This document shows, piece by piece, positions 15,384 through 28,099 of a stretch of 48,362 nucleotides of DNA (position 1 is the first letter of the stretch; every line of letters starts with the position of its first letter). Source of the DNA: an uncultured bacterium (GTDB taxonomy: Bacteria; Actinomycetota; Actinomycetes; S36-B12); contig CAIZPS010000054.1 of the NCBI GenBank assembly GCA_903934925.1, positions 1 to 48,362 on the forward strand, in the 5' to 3' direction. The position numbers and the translations under genes were made by a program. The notes below the pieces were generated by a model that worked only from the letters and a program-made list of their open reading frames with translations, was not told the DNA's origin and searched no databases.

Positions 15384-16562
15384 TCATTCCGCGTCGGGAA
15401 CCGGGCGCACCGCTACGAGCACGAAAGTGACTGCCAGCAGGACTGGCACGATCAGGAAGGCCAGATGCACGCCCGTGCTGGCGGCGAAGGCGCCCAGAAC
15501 GAAGGGCGCCATCCCGATGGCGAAGGTGGTGAAGGCCAGGGCGAGCGCCGACGCTCGGTCCGGGTTGCCGCCCGAGGCGCGGATGATGCGCGACATGCTC
15601 AGGGGCCAGGCCAGCGACAGACCCACTCCCGTCAGGAACATGGCAGACAGGATGACCACGGGACTTGACGACGCCCAGGCGATCATGAAGGCGACCAGTC
15701 CCGCAATGATCGACACCTTCAGCAGTCGCTCGACGGGGAACCGCTCCGCCAGCCTGATACCGAACACACGGCCGACGAAGAGTCCGCCGAGCACGGTGCT
15801 GAGGCCGGCAGCCGCCGCTGCGGGACTCAGGCCGGCCCGCTCGCGCAGGAGGTCCACGCCCCACAGGCTCAGGCAGAACTCCGCGCCAATGTAGGTCATG
15901 CCGGCCACGAGCGCCCACCACGTGCGACTCGGTAGTGCGCCCGCCTCCTTGCGCGTGCGGACCTCACCCGGGCCGCCGTAGACCGCGAGGTGACGGCCGC
16001 GCCACACCTCGACGAGAGCAAAGGCCACCACGGCGACCAGGAGCCCACCGCGCCACCCGATCACCGTTGATGCCGCGAGCCCGACGCCCAGCGGAGCAAG
16101 CAGGCCCATGAGTGCCGCGAGTCCGGTGCTCTCGGTGAACGCTGGCGGGCTGGCCGCACCCTGATGCGCGGCGATGAAGGAGTTGACGACCACCACCACG
16201 ATGTTTCCGAAGAAGCACGCCACGAAGATCGAGCCCAGGGTCCCGCCGACCGGCATTCCCGGCCACAGGTAGACGACGATGCACAGGGCCGTTCCGATCG
16301 CGGCTACGCGGCCGACGAGTCCGCGACCGAAGCGATGGTTCAGGCGCGGTGTGAGCAGGGCACCGATGATTCCGCCCGCCGCAAGAGCCGTACTGTGCAG
16401 GCCGCCCAGCCACGCGGAGGTGCCCTGCTCGTCACGCAGGAGGGCCAGACTCGCCCCGAACCCGTACACGAACCACGACCAGGTCGCGATGGTGGCGTAG
16501 GAGACGAGAGTCGGGCGGTCATGGACCGGGCGCAGCGGTGGCGCGGCGGCCTCAAGGGTCAT
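15384..16562 (-). CDS. MFS transporter
   Basis: The 392-aa product is highly hydrophobic, with about 12 predicted helices by eye. It has an RxGRR-like loop (LNHRFGRGLVGR) after TM2. Confidence 0.75.
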   Translation of the reverse strand: MTLEAAAPPLRPVHDRPTLVSYATIATWSWFVYGFGASLALLRDEQGTSAWLGGLHSTALAAGGIIGALLTPRLNHRFGRGLVGRVAAIGTALCIVVYLWPGMPVGGTLGSIFVACFFGNIVVVVVNSFIAAHQGAASPPAFTESTGLAALMGLLAPLGVGLAASTVIGWRGGLLVAVVAFALVEVWRGRHLAVYGGPGEVRTRKEAGALPSRTWWALVAGMTYIGAEFCLSLWGVDLLRERAGLSPAAAAAGLSTVLGGLFVGRVFGIRLAERFPVERLLKVSIIAGLVAFMIAWASSSPVVILSAMFLTGVGLSLAWPLSMSRIIRASGGNPDRASALALAFTTFAIGMAPFVLGAFAASTGVHLAFLIVPVLLAVTFVLVAVRPVPDAE

Positions 16563-16632
16563 GACCGGACGCTATCAGTCATCTAGACGACCGCGCTGGC
16601 AAGTCGCCGCTCGCCGGAGCGCCCTGCAGGCT

Positions 16633-17628
16633 TCAGCCGGTGCGGGAGACGACGTAGTCGCACAGCGAGCCCAGCACGTCACGGGCCGGACAGCTCGGCA
16701 GGTCGACCAGAAGCTCGCGCGCGGAGTCCGCCCAGGCACGAGCCTGCCGCTGCGCCAGCACCACCCCTTCATGCGCACGAAGCATCGCCAGTGCCTCTGC
16801 ATGCTCTCCATCGTCCGTGAGGGGCCGACTCAGCAGCTCCTGCAAGCGCGCGTCACTGGGATCGCTGCTCAACCGGACGAAGAGCGCCGCCAGAGTCGGG
16901 ATCCCTTCGCGCAGATCCGTGCCCGGGGTCTTCCCCGATTGCATCGACTCGGACGTGATGTCGACGAGATCATCAGCCAGCTGGAAGGCGACACCGATGC
17001 GCTCGCCGAACTGCGTGAGGATAGTGACGTGTTCGGCCGAGGCACCCGCCATCAGCGCTCCGTACCAGCCCGATGCGGCGATCAGCGAGCCCGTCTTGTC
17101 GGCGATCACCTCGAGGTGGTGGTCGATCGGGTCCTGGTCTGCCCGAGGTCCGACCGTCTCTCGGATCTGGCCGGTGCACAGGCGCTCGAAGGTCAGCGCC
17201 TGGATCCGCACAGCCTCCGGGCCGAGATCGGCCAGGATCTTCGAGGAGCGGGCGAACAGGAAGTCTCCGGTGAGGATGGCGATGGTGTTGTCCCAGCGTG
17301 CGTTGGCCGATGGGGCCCCACGACGCAGTTGGGCCTCGTCCATGACGTCGTCGTGGTACAGCGTGGCCAGATGGGTCAGCTCGACCACCACCCCAGCCGG
17401 GACCACCCCGGGCGCGGACGGATCCCCGAACTGGGCTGCCAGAAGGACCAGCAGCGGCCGGAAGCGCTTTCCCCCGGCATCGACGAGGTAGCGGGCAGCA
17501 TCAGCGACGAACGGGTCGTCGCTCGCAACGGCCTCCTTCAGGCCCTCCTCGACCTGCGCCATGCCCAGCGCAAGCTCCGCCTCCAGCCCGGGATCCGGGA
17601 GAGGCAGGCCGCGCAGGGAGTCGGTCAT
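16633..17628 (-). CDS. Polyprenyl diphosphate synthase (trans-isoprenyl diphosphate synthase; probable menaquinone side-chain synthase)
   Basis: The 331-aa product has GGKRFRP, a first DDxxD (LYHDDVMDEA), a second DDxxD (FQLADDLVD) and KTPGTDLREG. It lies 12 nt downstream of nuoN on the same strand. Confidence 0.88.
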   Translation of the reverse strand: MTDSLRGLPLPDPGLEAELALGMAQVEEGLKEAVASDDPFVADAARYLVDAGGKRFRPLLVLLAAQFGDPSAPGVVPAGVVVELTHLATLYHDDVMDEAQLRRGAPSANARWDNTIAILTGDFLFARSSKILADLGPEAVRIQALTFERLCTGQIRETVGPRADQDPIDHHLEVIADKTGSLIAASGWYGALMAGASAEHVTILTQFGERIGVAFQLADDLVDITSESMQSGKTPGTDLREGIPTLAALFVRLSSDPSDARLQELLSRPLTDDGEHAEALAMLRAHEGVVLAQRQARAWADSARELLVDLPSCPARDVLGSLCDYVVSRTG

Positions 17629-17640
17629 TCCATCAAGGTA

Positions 17641-19206
17641 CTACCGGACGAACACACCCGCCTGCTCGACGATGTCCAGCAGCCACTGGGGGAAGACGCC
17701 CAGGGCGATGGTCATCACCGTCGCGGCGGTGAGCGCGATCGTGGTGAATGTCGACGGAATCACGACCGAGGCGGTGTCCTCGGTGGGCTCGGAGAAATAC
17801 ATCAGGACGATCACGCGGACATAGAAGAAGGCCGCGATGATGCTGGCGATGACGCCCACAACGACGAGCCATGCCGCACCGCTGGCAATACCGGCGGAGA
17901 ACACCGCGAACTTGCCCACGAACCCGCTCGTGAGCGGGATTCCGGCGAGGGAGAGCAGAAACAGCGAGAAGACCGCAGCGATCACGGGGGACTTCTTGCC
18001 CAGACCGACCCAGGCCGAAAGGCTCGTCGCCTCACCTGACGCGTTGCGCACCATGGACACGACGGCGAAGGTGCCGATGGTCGTGAACGCGTAGGCGATC
18101 AGGTAGAAGATCGAGCTGGCCAGCCCCTCCGGAGAAGCGGCCACGACGCCGATGAGAATGAAGCCGGCCTGGGCGATCGAGGAGTAGGCCAGCATTCGCT
18201 TGATGTCAGTCTGCGTGATGGCGAGCACCGACCCGATGACCATCGTGAGACCGGCGATGATCCACAGCATGGGAGTCCAGTCCCAGCGCAGGCCGCCGAG
18301 GGACACATAGAGCAGGCGAAGCATTGCGGCGAACGCTGCGATCTTGACCGTCGCCGCCATGAACGCCGTGACGGGAGTTGGGGCCCCCTGGTAGACGTCC
18401 GGAGTCCATTGATGGAACGGGACTGCTGCGATCTTGAACAGCAGCCCGACCATGACCAGTGCGACTCCCACCGCGACCAGAGTCCCCTCGCCCGGCTTGG
18501 CCGCGAGTGTCTCGGACAGGATGACGAAGTTCACGGAGCCGCTGTAGCCGTAGAGCAGTGCGGCCCCGTAGAGGAAGAAGGCCGACGAGAACGCACCGAG
18601 GAGGAAGTACTTCAGCGCCGCCTCCTGGGAGAGCAGGCGACGGCGACGTGCCATCCCTGCGAGGAGGTAGAGCGGCAGGGACATGACCTCGAGAGCAACG
18701 AACATGAGGAGGAAGTCGTTGGCCGCAGCGAACACGAGCATGCCGGTGAGAGCGAACAGCAGGAAGGGCCAGACCTCAGTCTGGAGGAATCCGCGCTTGG
18801 TGAACTGCTGCTCGTCCTCCGAGCCGGGCAGCGCCGATGCCCGAGGAGCAAAGGCGTCTCCCAGAGGATCGACGGAACGCTCGGCCATGAGGAAGGTCGC
18901 CAGCAGCCCGACTACGAGGAGGGCGCCCCAGAGCACGAGGGTGGGTCCGTCGACAGCGATGGCCCCCTCCCCCGTGATCAGGCGAGTGCCGCGGAGGTCG
19001 ACCGTGACGACGAGTGCCGCGACGATCGCTCCGATCACCAGCACGAGTTGAGTCGGACGACGTCCACCGCGAGGGACGAAGGCCTCGACCAGGACGGAGA
19101 CCACCGCAGCGCCGAACAGGATCAGGATCGGGGCGATCGCGTAGTAGTTGACGGACGGCAGGGTGAACTGAACCTCGGCCGCCATGACCAGTGCGGGGGC
19201 GCTCAC
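17641..19206 (-). CDS. nuoN: NADH-quinone oxidoreductase subunit N
   Basis: This is a 521-aa antiporter-like membrane subunit. Its GTG start overlaps the nuoM stop (GTGA). It is the last gene in the nuoA-N order. Confidence 0.9.
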   Translation of the reverse strand: MSAPALVMAAEVQFTLPSVNYYAIAPILILFGAAVVSVLVEAFVPRGGRRPTQLVLVIGAIVAALVVTVDLRGTRLITGEGAIAVDGPTLVLWGALLVVGLLATFLMAERSVDPLGDAFAPRASALPGSEDEQQFTKRGFLQTEVWPFLLFALTGMLVFAAANDFLLMFVALEVMSLPLYLLAGMARRRRLLSQEAALKYFLLGAFSSAFFLYGAALLYGYSGSVNFVILSETLAAKPGEGTLVAVGVALVMVGLLFKIAAVPFHQWTPDVYQGAPTPVTAFMAATVKIAAFAAMLRLLYVSLGGLRWDWTPMLWIIAGLTMVIGSVLAITQTDIKRMLAYSSIAQAGFILIGVVAASPEGLASSIFYLIAYAFTTIGTFAVVSMVRNASGEATSLSAWVGLGKKSPVIAAVFSLFLLSLAGIPLTSGFVGKFAVFSAGIASGAAWLVVVGVIASIIAAFFYVRVIVLMYFSEPTEDTASVVIPSTFTTIALTAATVMTIALGVFPQWLLDIVEQAGVFVR

Positions 19207-20756
19207 TGCCCGCTCCCTTCGGAGGACGTGCCTGTGGATGAGATCGTCGGCGTGGGATCAGTCATGCCGACCGTGCTCATGACTCGATCGACGGCCGGAT
19301 TGATCACGTTGAGCAGTGGCGCCGGGAAGAAGCCCAGCACGATCGTCAGCACCGCGATGGGGACGAGCGAAGTGACCTCACGCCCACCCAGGTCACGCAT
19401 TCCCTCCAGCCCGGGCTTCAGGGGCCCGGTCATGGACTTCTGGTAGACGCGCAGCACGTAGGCCGCCGTGATCACGATTCCCACGGTGGCTACCGCGCCG
19501 ACCCACATGTATCGCTCGAAGGCCCCCAGCAGGACGAGGAACTCGCCCACGAAGGACACCATGCCCGGGAGCGCCAGGGAGGACAGCGCCGCGACGAGGA
19601 AGAAGCCTGCCAGGACGGGTGCCGCCTTGTTCACGCCGCCATAGTCGGAGAGCAGGCTCGAACCGTGGACGCGGACCATGAGGAATCCGGCCGTGAGGAA
19701 CAGCGCGGCCGTGGACAGGCCATGGGCGACCATGTAGACGACCGAACCGCTCTGCCCCTGGGTCGTGAACACGAAGATGCCCAGCGTGATGAACCCGAAG
19801 TGGGACATGGACGAGTAGGCGAAGAGGCGCTTCATGTCGTGTTGACGCAAAGCCAGCAGTGCACCGTAGAAGATCCCGATCAGCGCGAGCGCGATGACGA
19901 TCGGTGCGTAGAACTCCGACGCTGCGGGGAAGATCTCCAGGCAGTACCGGATCATGCCGAAGGTGCCCACCTTGTCGAGGACGCCGATCAGCAGTACCGA
20001 CGTTCCGGGCTTCGCCTCGGCCGCAGCATCCGGCAGCCACGTATGGAACGGCCATAGCGGAGCCTTGATGGCGAATGCCAGGAAGAAGCCGAGGAACAGC
20101 AGCTTCTGGAGATCCGGATCGATCTCCAGACCAACCAGCGCGCCGAAGTCGAACGTCCCGGTGCCGGTCACCTGGGCAGAAACGACATAGAGGCCGATCA
20201 GCGCCGCCAGCATCAGCAGGCCACCCACGAGGCTGTAGATGAGGAACTTCACGGCGGCGTATGACCTCTGCGGACCGCCGAATCGCCCGATCAGGAAGTA
20301 CGTCGGAATGAGCATGACTTCGAAGAAGACGTAGAAGAGGAAGACATCCGTGGCCGCGAAGACACCGATCATCAGCGCCTCGAGCACAAGCACCAGGGCG
20401 AAGTAGCCCTTCACCGAGCCGCGGCTGCCCTCGTCGACGTCATTCCAGCCCGCGAGAATCACGACGGGAACCAGAGTGGCCGCAAGTGCGATGAGCACCA
20501 GGCTGATTCCGTCGACACCCACCGCGTAGGAGATCCCGAAGGCAGGGATCCACGGATGTGATTCGACGAACTGGAATCGCTCGGCCGAATCCGCCGAGAA
20601 CTGCAGGGCCATCGCGACGGTCAGGGCGAGGGTTACGAGAGAGAAGGCGAAGGCGACCTGCTTGGCGAGCAGCCCCCGCCCCTTCGGCAGGAAGGCAACG
20701 AGGACGCTGCCTGCCAGCGGCACCACCATCAGGATGGTCAACCAGGGAACGTTCAC
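19203..20756 (-). CDS. nuoM: NADH-quinone oxidoreductase subunit M
   Basis: This is a 517-aa antiporter-like subunit ([21 protein letters not shown]). Its start overlaps the nuoL stop (GTGA). Confidence 0.9.
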   Translation of the reverse strand: MNVPWLTILMVVPLAGSVLVAFLPKGRGLLAKQVAFAFSLVTLALTVAMALQFSADSAERFQFVESHPWIPAFGISYAVGVDGISLVLIALAATLVPVVILAGWNDVDEGSRGSVKGYFALVLVLEALMIGVFAATDVFLFYVFFEVMLIPTYFLIGRFGGPQRSYAAVKFLIYSLVGGLLMLAALIGLYVVSAQVTGTGTFDFGALVGLEIDPDLQKLLFLGFFLAFAIKAPLWPFHTWLPDAAAEAKPGTSVLLIGVLDKVGTFGMIRYCLEIFPAASEFYAPIVIALALIGIFYGALLALRQHDMKRLFAYSSMSHFGFITLGIFVFTTQGQSGSVVYMVAHGLSTAALFLTAGFLMVRVHGSSLLSDYGGVNKAAPVLAGFFLVAALSSLALPGMVSFVGEFLVLLGAFERYMWVGAVATVGIVITAAYVLRVYQKSMTGPLKPGLEGMRDLGGREVTSLVPIAVLTIVLGFFPAPLLNVINPAVDRVMSTVGMTDPTPTISSTGTSSEGSGQ

Positions 20757-22648
20757 GATGCCCTCACCAGAACCAGGGCGAGGACGACAATCACGGCGCC
20801 ACCCACCATCGACAAGGCGTACGTACGGACGAAGCCGGTCTGGTACCGCCGCAGGCGACCGGAGATTGCGCCCACAAGGGCGGCAAGGCCGTTCACGAGG
20901 CCATCGATTCCCTTGGCGTCGATCGACGTGGCGGCCTTCGCGGCGACGAGTGTCGGGGTCACGACAAGCACCTGGTTCACCTGATTGCCGTAAAGCTCCT
21001 CACGTGCCGCACGCGTGAGCCAGGAGCCTCGCGGCGCCTCGATCGGAATGGGTCGCCGGGCGTACATCACGTAGGCGACGATCACGCCGGCGATGACTGC
21101 GGCGAGTGAGATGCCGATGGTCGCCGCGGTCGACAGCGGCGCCTCCTTCGACTCGAAGCCCACGACTGGCTCGAGCCAGGACTCGATGTCGCCCCAGAAG
21201 AGAAGTGCCATGCCCAGGAAGGTCGAGCCGAGAGCGAGGATGATCAGCGGGATCGTCATGACCTTCGGCGATTCGTGAGGATGGACGTCGTCCTCCCACC
21301 GGGCCTTGCCCAGGAAGGTCATGATGAACATTCGGGTCATGTAGAAGCCGGTGATTCCCGCCGCGATGATGAGCAGGACACCAACGAGCACGCTCTCCTC
21401 GAAGGCCGCATGGATGAGTTCGTCCTTGGACCAGAAGCCCGAGAAGGGAGGGATACCGAGGATGGACAGCCACCCGGCAGCGAACGTGATGAAGGTGATG
21501 AACATGACTGTGCGCAATGCCCCATAGCGGCGCATGTTCACGTTGTCGTTCATGCCGTGCATGACGGATCCTGCGCCGAGGAAGAGTCCGGCCTTGAACA
21601 CACCGTGAGTCAGCAGGTGGAAGATGCCGAACACGTAGCCGATCGGCCCGAGGCCCACGGCGGCGATCATGTATCCGATCTGGCTCATGGTCGAGCCGGC
21701 CAGCGACTTCTTGATGTCGTCCTTGGCCGAACCGATGATCGCACCCATGAATACCGTGATCACACCAACGACGATCACCGCTGTGGCAGCCACTTGGGCG
21801 AGGTCGAAGATCGCATTGCTTCGCGCGATGAGATAGACGCCCGCGGTGACCATGGTCGCTGCGTGGATGAGAGCCGAGACGGGAGTCGGGCCCTCCATCG
21901 CGTCGAGAAGCCACGCCTGCAGCGGGAACTGGGCGGACTTGCCGGCCGCCGCAAGGAGAAGCAGCAGGCCGATTGCGTTCAGCGTCCCCTCGCTCGCCTG
22001 ATCAGCTGCCCCGAACACATCCTCGAAGCTGACGGATCCGAACGTGACGAACATCAGCATGATCGCCAGGCTCAGACCCACATCGCCGACACGGTTGATG
22101 ACGAAGGCCTTCTTCGCGGCAGCTGCTGCAGAGTGCTTGTACTGATAGAACCCGATCAGCAGGTAGCTCGCAAGGCCGACGCCTTCCCAGCCCACGTACA
22201 GGAGCAGGAAGTTGTTCGCAAGTACGAGGATCAACATCGCGCCCACGAACAGGTTCAAGTAGCCGAAGAACTTGCGTCGATCAGGGTCGTGGGCCATGTA
22301 CCCGAGCGAATAGATGTGGATGAGCGCGCCGACCGTGGTGATCAGCAGGACGAAGACCATGGACAGCTGATCGAGCTGGAAGGCCATGTCGGCCTGGAAG
22401 CCCCCCACGGAGACCCAGGTGAACAGGTTCTGGTCGAAGGTGCGCTCCTCCGGAGGGTTCTGCAGCATCGCCAGCAGCATCAGCCAGCCGAGGACGGCGG
22501 AGGCACAGACGGTGAGCACGCCCAGGTACGGGCCCCAGGAGTTCGTGCGCCGGCCACCGAAGAGCAGCACGACAGCACCGGCCAGGGGCAGGGCGATCAG
22601 CAGCCAGATGAGGGAGAACACCCCCTCAGCGGGCATCAACTCGGTCAC
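20753..22648 (-). CDS. nuoL: NADH-quinone oxidoreductase subunit L
   Basis: The 631-aa product has [15 protein letters not shown] and [37 protein letters not shown], plus a long C-terminal lateral-helix region. Confidence 0.92.
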   Translation of the reverse strand: MTELMPAEGVFSLIWLLIALPLAGAVVLLFGGRRTNSWGPYLGVLTVCASAVLGWLMLLAMLQNPPEERTFDQNLFTWVSVGGFQADMAFQLDQLSMVFVLLITTVGALIHIYSLGYMAHDPDRRKFFGYLNLFVGAMLILVLANNFLLLYVGWEGVGLASYLLIGFYQYKHSAAAAAKKAFVINRVGDVGLSLAIMLMFVTFGSVSFEDVFGAADQASEGTLNAIGLLLLLAAAGKSAQFPLQAWLLDAMEGPTPVSALIHAATMVTAGVYLIARSNAIFDLAQVAATAVIVVGVITVFMGAIIGSAKDDIKKSLAGSTMSQIGYMIAAVGLGPIGYVFGIFHLLTHGVFKAGLFLGAGSVMHGMNDNVNMRRYGALRTVMFITFITFAAGWLSILGIPPFSGFWSKDELIHAAFEESVLVGVLLIIAAGITGFYMTRMFIMTFLGKARWEDDVHPHESPKVMTIPLIILALGSTFLGMALLFWGDIESWLEPVVGFESKEAPLSTAATIGISLAAVIAGVIVAYVMYARRPIPIEAPRGSWLTRAAREELYGNQVNQVLVVTPTLVAAKAATSIDAKGIDGLVNGLAALVGAISGRLRRYQTGFVRTYALSMVGGAVIVVLALVLVRAS

Positions 22649-22686
22649 AGCGTGGTCCTATCCATCGTCGGAGTCTGTGGGCTGGT

Positions 22687-22986
22687 CTAGTACTTGAGCA
22701 GGTTCGGTTCGTCGATCGAGGCTGATCGTCGGGTGCGGAAGATCGTGACGATGATCGCCAGGCCCACCACGACCTCGGCCGCCGCCACCACCATGACGAA
22801 GAAGGCGACGGTCTGACCGTCGAGATTGCCATTCATGCGTGCGAACGCAACGAACGCGAGGTTCGCGGCATTGAGCATCAGCTCCACCGACATGAACACC
22901 ACGATGGCATTGCGTCGCACGAGCACACCGATAGCTCCGATGCTGAACAGCACAGCCGAGAGGATGATGTAGTTCGACGGGTTCAT
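22687..22986 (-). CDS. nuoK: NADH-quinone oxidoreductase subunit K
   Basis: The 99-aa product has three helices and the [11 protein letters not shown] motif. Confidence 0.92.
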   Translation of the reverse strand: MNPSNYIILSAVLFSIGAIGVLVRRNAIVVFMSVELMLNAANLAFVAFARMNGNLDGQTVAFFVMVVAAAEVVVGLAIIVTIFRTRRSASIDEPNLLKY

Positions 22987-23804
22987 TCGCTCTTCCCCTC
23001 CCCCGGCAGCGCGGTCTCGCCCTCGCTGATCTGACGAACCTCATCGATGTCGACGCGATCGAGGGGACGCTCGTCGCCGCGTGCCCGAACCGGTGCCGGC
23101 ACGCTGATCTCACTGATGCCACCATCCGGCAGCAGCGCTGGCGTGTCGACGGCGTTGTGTCGCGCGAAGACGCCCGGGTTCGGGAGGTTGCCTGCGTGCC
23201 CTGGGCCCCGGACCCGGGCGATCGAGAGATCGCGTTGGGTCAAGCGCGCCTTCCAGCGCTCGCGGTGCGCGAGCACCATGGCGCCCATTGCTGCCGTGAT
23301 CAGCAATGCGGAAGTCAGCTCGAACACCAGCAGGTACTGGGTGAAGATCAGGTTGGCAATGCCCTGGACGTTGCCGCCGTGCTCCTCGTTCGCGCTGGCC
23401 AGGCCGACCGTCCGGGACTCCGTCAGGGCGTTGCCGATGCCCCAGATGATGAGGATGGCCATGCCCAGGGCAAGGAGCAGGGCGGCCACTCGCTGGCCCT
23501 TGATGGTCTCAATGAGCGAATCCGAGGAGTCGACGCCGACGACCATGAGCACGAAGAGGAAGAGCATCATGACGGCGCCGGTGTAGACGATGATCTGCAC
23601 CATGCCCAGGAACGGGGCGGAGTTCGCCACGTACATGATTGCCAGGTTGATCATGGTCAGGGCGATCCAGAGGGCACTGTGGACCGCCTTGCGAGAGAGG
23701 ACCATGCCGAGCGCTCCGGCAACCGCCAGAACGGCGGTCACCCAGAAGACGATCTGCTCGCCAGTGCTCGACTCCGTAGCCGCGTCAGCCAGCATCACGA
23801 TCAT
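22983..23804 (-). CDS. nuoJ: NADH-quinone oxidoreductase subunit J (with long hydrophilic C-terminal tail)
   Basis: The 273-aa product has an N-terminal ND6-like membrane domain ([24 protein letters not shown]). Its position lies between nuoI and nuoK. Confidence 0.88.
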   Translation of the reverse strand: MIVMLADAATESSTGEQIVFWVTAVLAVAGALGMVLSRKAVHSALWIALTMINLAIMYVANSAPFLGMVQIIVYTGAVMMLFLFVLMVVGVDSSDSLIETIKGQRVAALLLALGMAILIIWGIGNALTESRTVGLASANEEHGGNVQGIANLIFTQYLLVFELTSALLITAAMGAMVLAHRERWKARLTQRDLSIARVRGPGHAGNLPNPGVFARHNAVDTPALLPDGGISEISVPAPVRARGDERPLDRVDIDEVRQISEGETALPGEGKSE

Positions 23805-24364
23805 GCGGACTCCTCCACCACGACCACACCAGTGATGGCGCCCGACTGCTCAGGAGAGGACCCCGTGACCTTGTTGGCGTAGTAGTCGCGCTCCGTGGTG
23901 CCCGGGTACATCGCGTGCGGAGGCTCCACCATGCCCGGCAGCAGTGGAGCGAGGAGATCCTGCTTCTCGAAGATCAGCTTCGCCCTGGAGTCATCGGCCA
24001 GTTCGTACTCGTTCGTCATGGTCAGGGCCCGAGTGGGGCACGCCTCGATGCACAGGCCGCAGAGGATGCAGCGCAGGTAGTTGATCTGGTACACGCGGCC
24101 GTAGCGCTCGCCGGGCGAGTAGCGCTCCTCGTCGGAGTTGTCGGCGCCTTCAACCAGAATCGCATCCGCAGGGCAGGCCCATGCGCAGAGCTCACAGCCC
24201 ACGCATTTCTCGAGACCGTCGGCCCACCGATTGAGCTGATGACGGCCGTGGAAGCGCGGCTTCGTCGGGACCTTCTGCTCGGGATACTGCTCTGTGACGA
24301 CCTTCTTGAACATCGTCAGGAAGGTGACACCGAATCCCCGTACGGCCTGGGGAACCTCAGCCAT
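23801..24364 (-). CDS. nuoI: NADH-quinone oxidoreductase subunit I
   Basis: The product has [12 protein letters not shown] and [12 protein letters not shown]. The start is set at [15 protein letters not shown] (ATG 24362-24364), 2 nt after the nuoH stop. The track start 24388 would overlap nuoH. Confidence 0.9.
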   Translation of the reverse strand: MAEVPQAVRGFGVTFLTMFKKVVTEQYPEQKVPTKPRFHGRHQLNRWADGLEKCVGCELCAWACPADAILVEGADNSDEERYSPGERYGRVYQINYLRCILCGLCIEACPTRALTMTNEYELADDSRAKLIFEKQDLLAPLLPGMVEPPHAMYPGTTERDYYANKVTGSSPEQSGAITGVVVVEESA

Positions 24365-25718
24365 GGGTGCTCTCCTCATCGGGGTCATGGGTCGGATCCT
24401 CGACGGAACGCGACGTCGTCACGGGCTCCTGCACAATCGTGTTGCCCTGGGCAGCCGCGCGGCGCGAAGTGTAGGTGAAGGACTGCCCCGGCATCGGTGG
24501 CACGGGGAAGCCCGCCTCCATCGGGTCGAACGGGGCAGCAGCGGCGGCGGCCTCGGCGTCCTCGCGCGCACGGTTTCGACGATCAGCGCGCGTCTGGATC
24601 ACCCACGAGGCGAGGATCAGCAGCACGATGACGACTGCACCCGAGATGAGGATCTCCGTCGTCGTGAGACTGACGTCGTCGCGGAGGACGCGAGCGAGTG
24701 ACACGATCATGATCCACGCGATCGATACCGGTATCAGAACCTTCCAGCCGAACCTCATGAACTGGTCGTAGCGCATCCGCGGCAGGGTGCCCCGGAGCCA
24801 GATGAAGATGAAGATGAAGATCTGCACCTTGATCAGCCACCAGAGCATCGGCCACCAGCCTTGGTTGGCTCCCTCCCACAGCGACAAGGGCCATGGGGCG
24901 AGGTAACCGCCGAGGAACAGGGTCGTGGCCATCGCCGAGACAGTGACCATGTTGATGTACTCAGCGAGGAAGAACAGTGCGAACTTCAGCGACGAGTACT
25001 CCGTGTGGAATCCGCCGACGAGCTCACCTTCGGCCTCGGGGAGGTCGAAGGGGGCGCGGTTGGTCTCGCCGACCATGGCCGTGCAGTAGATGAGGAAGGA
25101 CGGCAGCAGGATGACCGCGAACCAGATCGGCTCCTGTGCGATCACGATCTGCGAGGTCGACATCGACCCGGCGAACAGGAAGACGGCGACGAACGACAGT
25201 CCCATCGCGATCTCGTAGGAGATCATCTGGGCGGATGAACGGATGCCGCCAAGCAGCGGGTATGTCGACCCGGAGGCCCAGCCACCCAGCACGATCCCGT
25301 AGATGCCGATGGATGCGATGGCCAGCACGTACAGCACGGAGACCGGGAAGTCCGTGAGCTGCAGCGGCGTCACCACGCCGAAGATGGAGACCTCGGGGCC
25401 GAACGGAATGACGGCGAAGGCGAGGAACGCCATGGTGGCGGAGATCACCGGCGCCAGCCAGTAGACGGCCAGATGGGCCGACTTGGGGATGATCTCCTCC
25501 TTCAGGGCGAGCTTGATGCCGTCCATCAGGGACTGCAGCAGGCCCTGCGGCCCGACCCTGTTGGGACCGATTCGGTTCTGCATCCGGGACACCACGCGCC
25601 GCTCCCACCAGATGGTGAACAGGGTGAGCAGGACGAGGATGACGAAGATGGCGAGCACCTTGAGGATCACCAGCCACCACGGATCAGTGCCGAACAGGCC
25701 GAAGGTCGAATCCGTCAT
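24357..25718 (-). CDS. nuoH: NADH-quinone oxidoreductase subunit H (453 aa, extended C-terminus)
   Basis: The product reads [20 protein letters not shown]...[30 protein letters not shown] 25716-25718 overlaps the nuoG stop (ATGA). Confidence 0.9.
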   Translation of the reverse strand: MTDSTFGLFGTDPWWLVILKVLAIFVILVLLTLFTIWWERRVVSRMQNRIGPNRVGPQGLLQSLMDGIKLALKEEIIPKSAHLAVYWLAPVISATMAFLAFAVIPFGPEVSIFGVVTPLQLTDFPVSVLYVLAIASIGIYGIVLGGWASGSTYPLLGGIRSSAQMISYEIAMGLSFVAVFLFAGSMSTSQIVIAQEPIWFAVILLPSFLIYCTAMVGETNRAPFDLPEAEGELVGGFHTEYSSLKFALFFLAEYINMVTVSAMATTLFLGGYLAPWPLSLWEGANQGWWPMLWWLIKVQIFIFIFIWLRGTLPRMRYDQFMRFGWKVLIPVSIAWIMIVSLARVLRDDVSLTTTEILISGAVVIVLLILASWVIQTRADRRNRAREDAEAAAAAAPFDPMEAGFPVPPMPGQSFTYTSRRAAAQGNTIVQEPVTTSRSVEDPTHDPDEESTHG

Positions 25719-28099
25719 GATGCGCCTCCTGCCGAGAGTCGCACCGCTGAACCGGGCACGACGCCGAGATCTGCATGGATGTGGCATCCGGGCGAGTTCA
25801 TCGGCAGCCACACGACTCCGTCGATGACTTCACCGGGCTCCACGGGCAGCGTGACCGACCCTGCGGGACCGCTGACGGTGACGGTGTCGCCCACGGCTGC
25901 CGCCGCCTGGGCCGACATCACCGCGACGGTCGGCCGGGCCGTGGCCGCCAGATGCGGCTCACCGTCCTGCATGAGGCCTGAGTCCAGGAGCTGGCGCCAG
26001 GACGCGAGGACGACTCCGTCCGGCACCCGTCCCGCAGGCACCGCGGGCGCCTCGAGCCGGGCACCGGTCCAGGGGCCCAGGGCACCCATCTCCGCGCGGA
26101 TGGCGCGGACGTCGGCCTGCTGGGTGAAGCCGAGCTCCTCCGCGATCATCGCCAGCACGCGGGCATCGCCCATGGTCAGCGCATCGCGGAACACCTGCGC
26201 GAAGGGGCGAGGGCGCCCCTCCCAGTTCAGGAAGGTGCCGGCCTTCTCCGTCACGACGGCTACGGGGAGGACGACATCGGCGCGCTCGGTCACGGCCGAG
26301 TGGTGGCTCTCGAGCGACACGACGAACGGCGCCGCGTCAAGGGCGGCCAGCGCGAGCTCGGCATCAGGAAAGTCGCCTGGCTCCACTCCCGCGACGAGGA
26401 GGGCACGAAGCGTGCCGTCCTGTGCGGCCTGCAGCAACTCCACGCCCGAGCGACCGCTGGTCGCGGGAAGGTCGGACGGGGTGACTCCCCAGGCAGCCGC
26501 CACCTGCACACGAGCAGCGGGGTCCTCGATCGGGCGCCCACCCGGCAGAAGCCCGGACAGGGCACCTGCATCGAGGGCTCCTCTCTCCCCCGCCCTGCGG
26601 GGGACCCATGCCAGACTCGCACCCGTCGCGCGGGACAGCTCGGCAGCTGCTGACAGCGCTCCAGCGGATCCGGCAGCACGCTCACCCACCAGGATCACCG
26701 AGCCGGGAGTGGCAAGGAGCGCGCGCACGTCGCCAGAAAGGCCGCGGAGCACGCTGGCCTCGTCACCGGGCTTGGCCGCGATCAGCGAGCCATTGACCTT
26801 GGCCAGTCCGGGCGAAGCCACTGCACCGACCGAGCGCACGTCCGTGCCGCGGCGAGCGGCCTTGCGCAGTCGCAGTTGAAGGATCGGGGATTCGTCCTCC
26901 GGGTCGAGCGCGATGAGCAGGACGAAAGGCGCGGATTCGAGAGCGTCATAGGTCGCTGACACCGGGGATCCGGCCACCACGGCCGACAGGAACTGCGTCT
27001 CCTCCGCCGAGGTCTCACGAACCCGGAAGTCGATGTCGTCGCTGGCCAGCACCGTCCGCGTGAACCGGGCATACGCGTAGGCGTCCTCGACCGTGAGCCG
27101 ACCACCGACAAGCACACCCGCACTGCCGCGAGCGGCACGCAGGCCCTGGGCTGCGACGCTGATCGCCTCAGGCCACGACGCCACCCGAAGTTGGCCGTTC
27201 TCCCGGACAAGCGGAGACTCGATGCGACCGTGCGTCTGATACGCAAAGGCAAAACGCCCCTTGTCGCAGTTCCACTCCTCATTGACGTCGGGGTCGTCCC
27301 AGGCAAGTCGGCGGGTCACGACTCCACGGCGGTAGTCCGTGCGCAGCGAGCAGCCCGAGGCACAGTGCTCGCACGTCGTCGGCACGGATACCAGGTCGAA
27401 CGGTCGCGAGCGGAACCGGTAGGACGCGCTGGTAAGCGCCCCCACAGGGCAGATCTGGACCGTGTTCCCGGAGTAGTAGGACTCGAACGGAGAGTCGTCA
27501 GCAGTGCCCACCATCTGCTTGGCACCGCGCTGGAGCAGCTCCAGTGATGGATCGCCGGCAATCTGCTCGGCAAAACGCGTGCACCGTGCGCAAGAAACGC
27601 AGCGCTCGCGATCAAGCAGGATCTGCGCACTGACGTTGACCGGCTTCTCGAATTCCCGCTTCTCCCCGTCGAATCGCGACTCCGGGCGACCCACGGACAT
27701 CGCCTGGTTCTGCAGAGGGCACTCGCCGCCCTTGTCGCACACCGGGCAGTCGAGTGGGTGGTTGAGGAGCAGGAACTCCATGACCCCCTCCTGCGCCAGC
27801 CGTGCGACCTCGGACGCGTACTGAGTCTTGACGGTCATGCCTTCGCTGAGCACTTGGGCGCAGGCGGGCTGTGGCTTCGGCATGCCCTCGACCTCAATGA
27901 GGCAGGCGCGGCAGGCGGCCACGGGATCGAGCAGCGGATGGTCGCAGAACCTCGGAACCTCGATGCCAAGCTGCTCGGCAGCACGGATGACGAGGGTGCC
28001 CTTGGGCACGCGCATCTCGACTCCGTCGATGACCACGCTGATCTGATCGGTGGCCATCTCGACGTCTGAGCCGGGCCCACTGTTGCTGGTGACGGTCAT
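25715..28099 (-). CDS. nuoG: NADH-quinone oxidoreductase subunit G
   Basis: The 794-aa product has N-terminal 2Fe-2S and 4Fe-4S motifs ([48 protein letters not shown]), followed by a molybdopterin-oxidoreductase-like domain. Confidence 0.92.
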   Translation of the reverse strand: MTVTSNSGPGSDVEMATDQISVVIDGVEMRVPKGTLVIRAAEQLGIEVPRFCDHPLLDPVAACRACLIEVEGMPKPQPACAQVLSEGMTVKTQYASEVARLAQEGVMEFLLLNHPLDCPVCDKGGECPLQNQAMSVGRPESRFDGEKREFEKPVNVSAQILLDRERCVSCARCTRFAEQIAGDPSLELLQRGAKQMVGTADDSPFESYYSGNTVQICPVGALTSASYRFRSRPFDLVSVPTTCEHCASGCSLRTDYRRGVVTRRLAWDDPDVNEEWNCDKGRFAFAYQTHGRIESPLVRENGQLRVASWPEAISVAAQGLRAARGSAGVLVGGRLTVEDAYAYARFTRTVLASDDIDFRVRETSAEETQFLSAVVAGSPVSATYDALESAPFVLLIALDPEDESPILQLRLRKAARRGTDVRSVGAVASPGLAKVNGSLIAAKPGDEASVLRGLSGDVRALLATPGSVILVGERAAGSAGALSAAAELSRATGASLAWVPRRAGERGALDAGALSGLLPGGRPIEDPAARVQVAAAWGVTPSDLPATSGRSGVELLQAAQDGTLRALLVAGVEPGDFPDAELALAALDAAPFVVSLESHHSAVTERADVVLPVAVVTEKAGTFLNWEGRPRPFAQVFRDALTMGDARVLAMIAEELGFTQQADVRAIRAEMGALGPWTGARLEAPAVPAGRVPDGVVLASWRQLLDSGLMQDGEPHLAATARPTVAVMSAQAAAAVGDTVTVSGPAGSVTLPVEPGEVIDGVVWLPMNSPGCHIHADLGVVPGSAVRLSAGGAS

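Noticed and set aside
16561-19446. Plus-strand ORFs 16561..18039 (492 aa) and 18409..19446 (345 aa)
   Set aside because: They are antisense to the polyprenyl synthase and nuoN. Their products are Arg/Asp/Glu/His/Gly-rich low-complexity sequences with no recognisable motifs. They are shadow ORFs.
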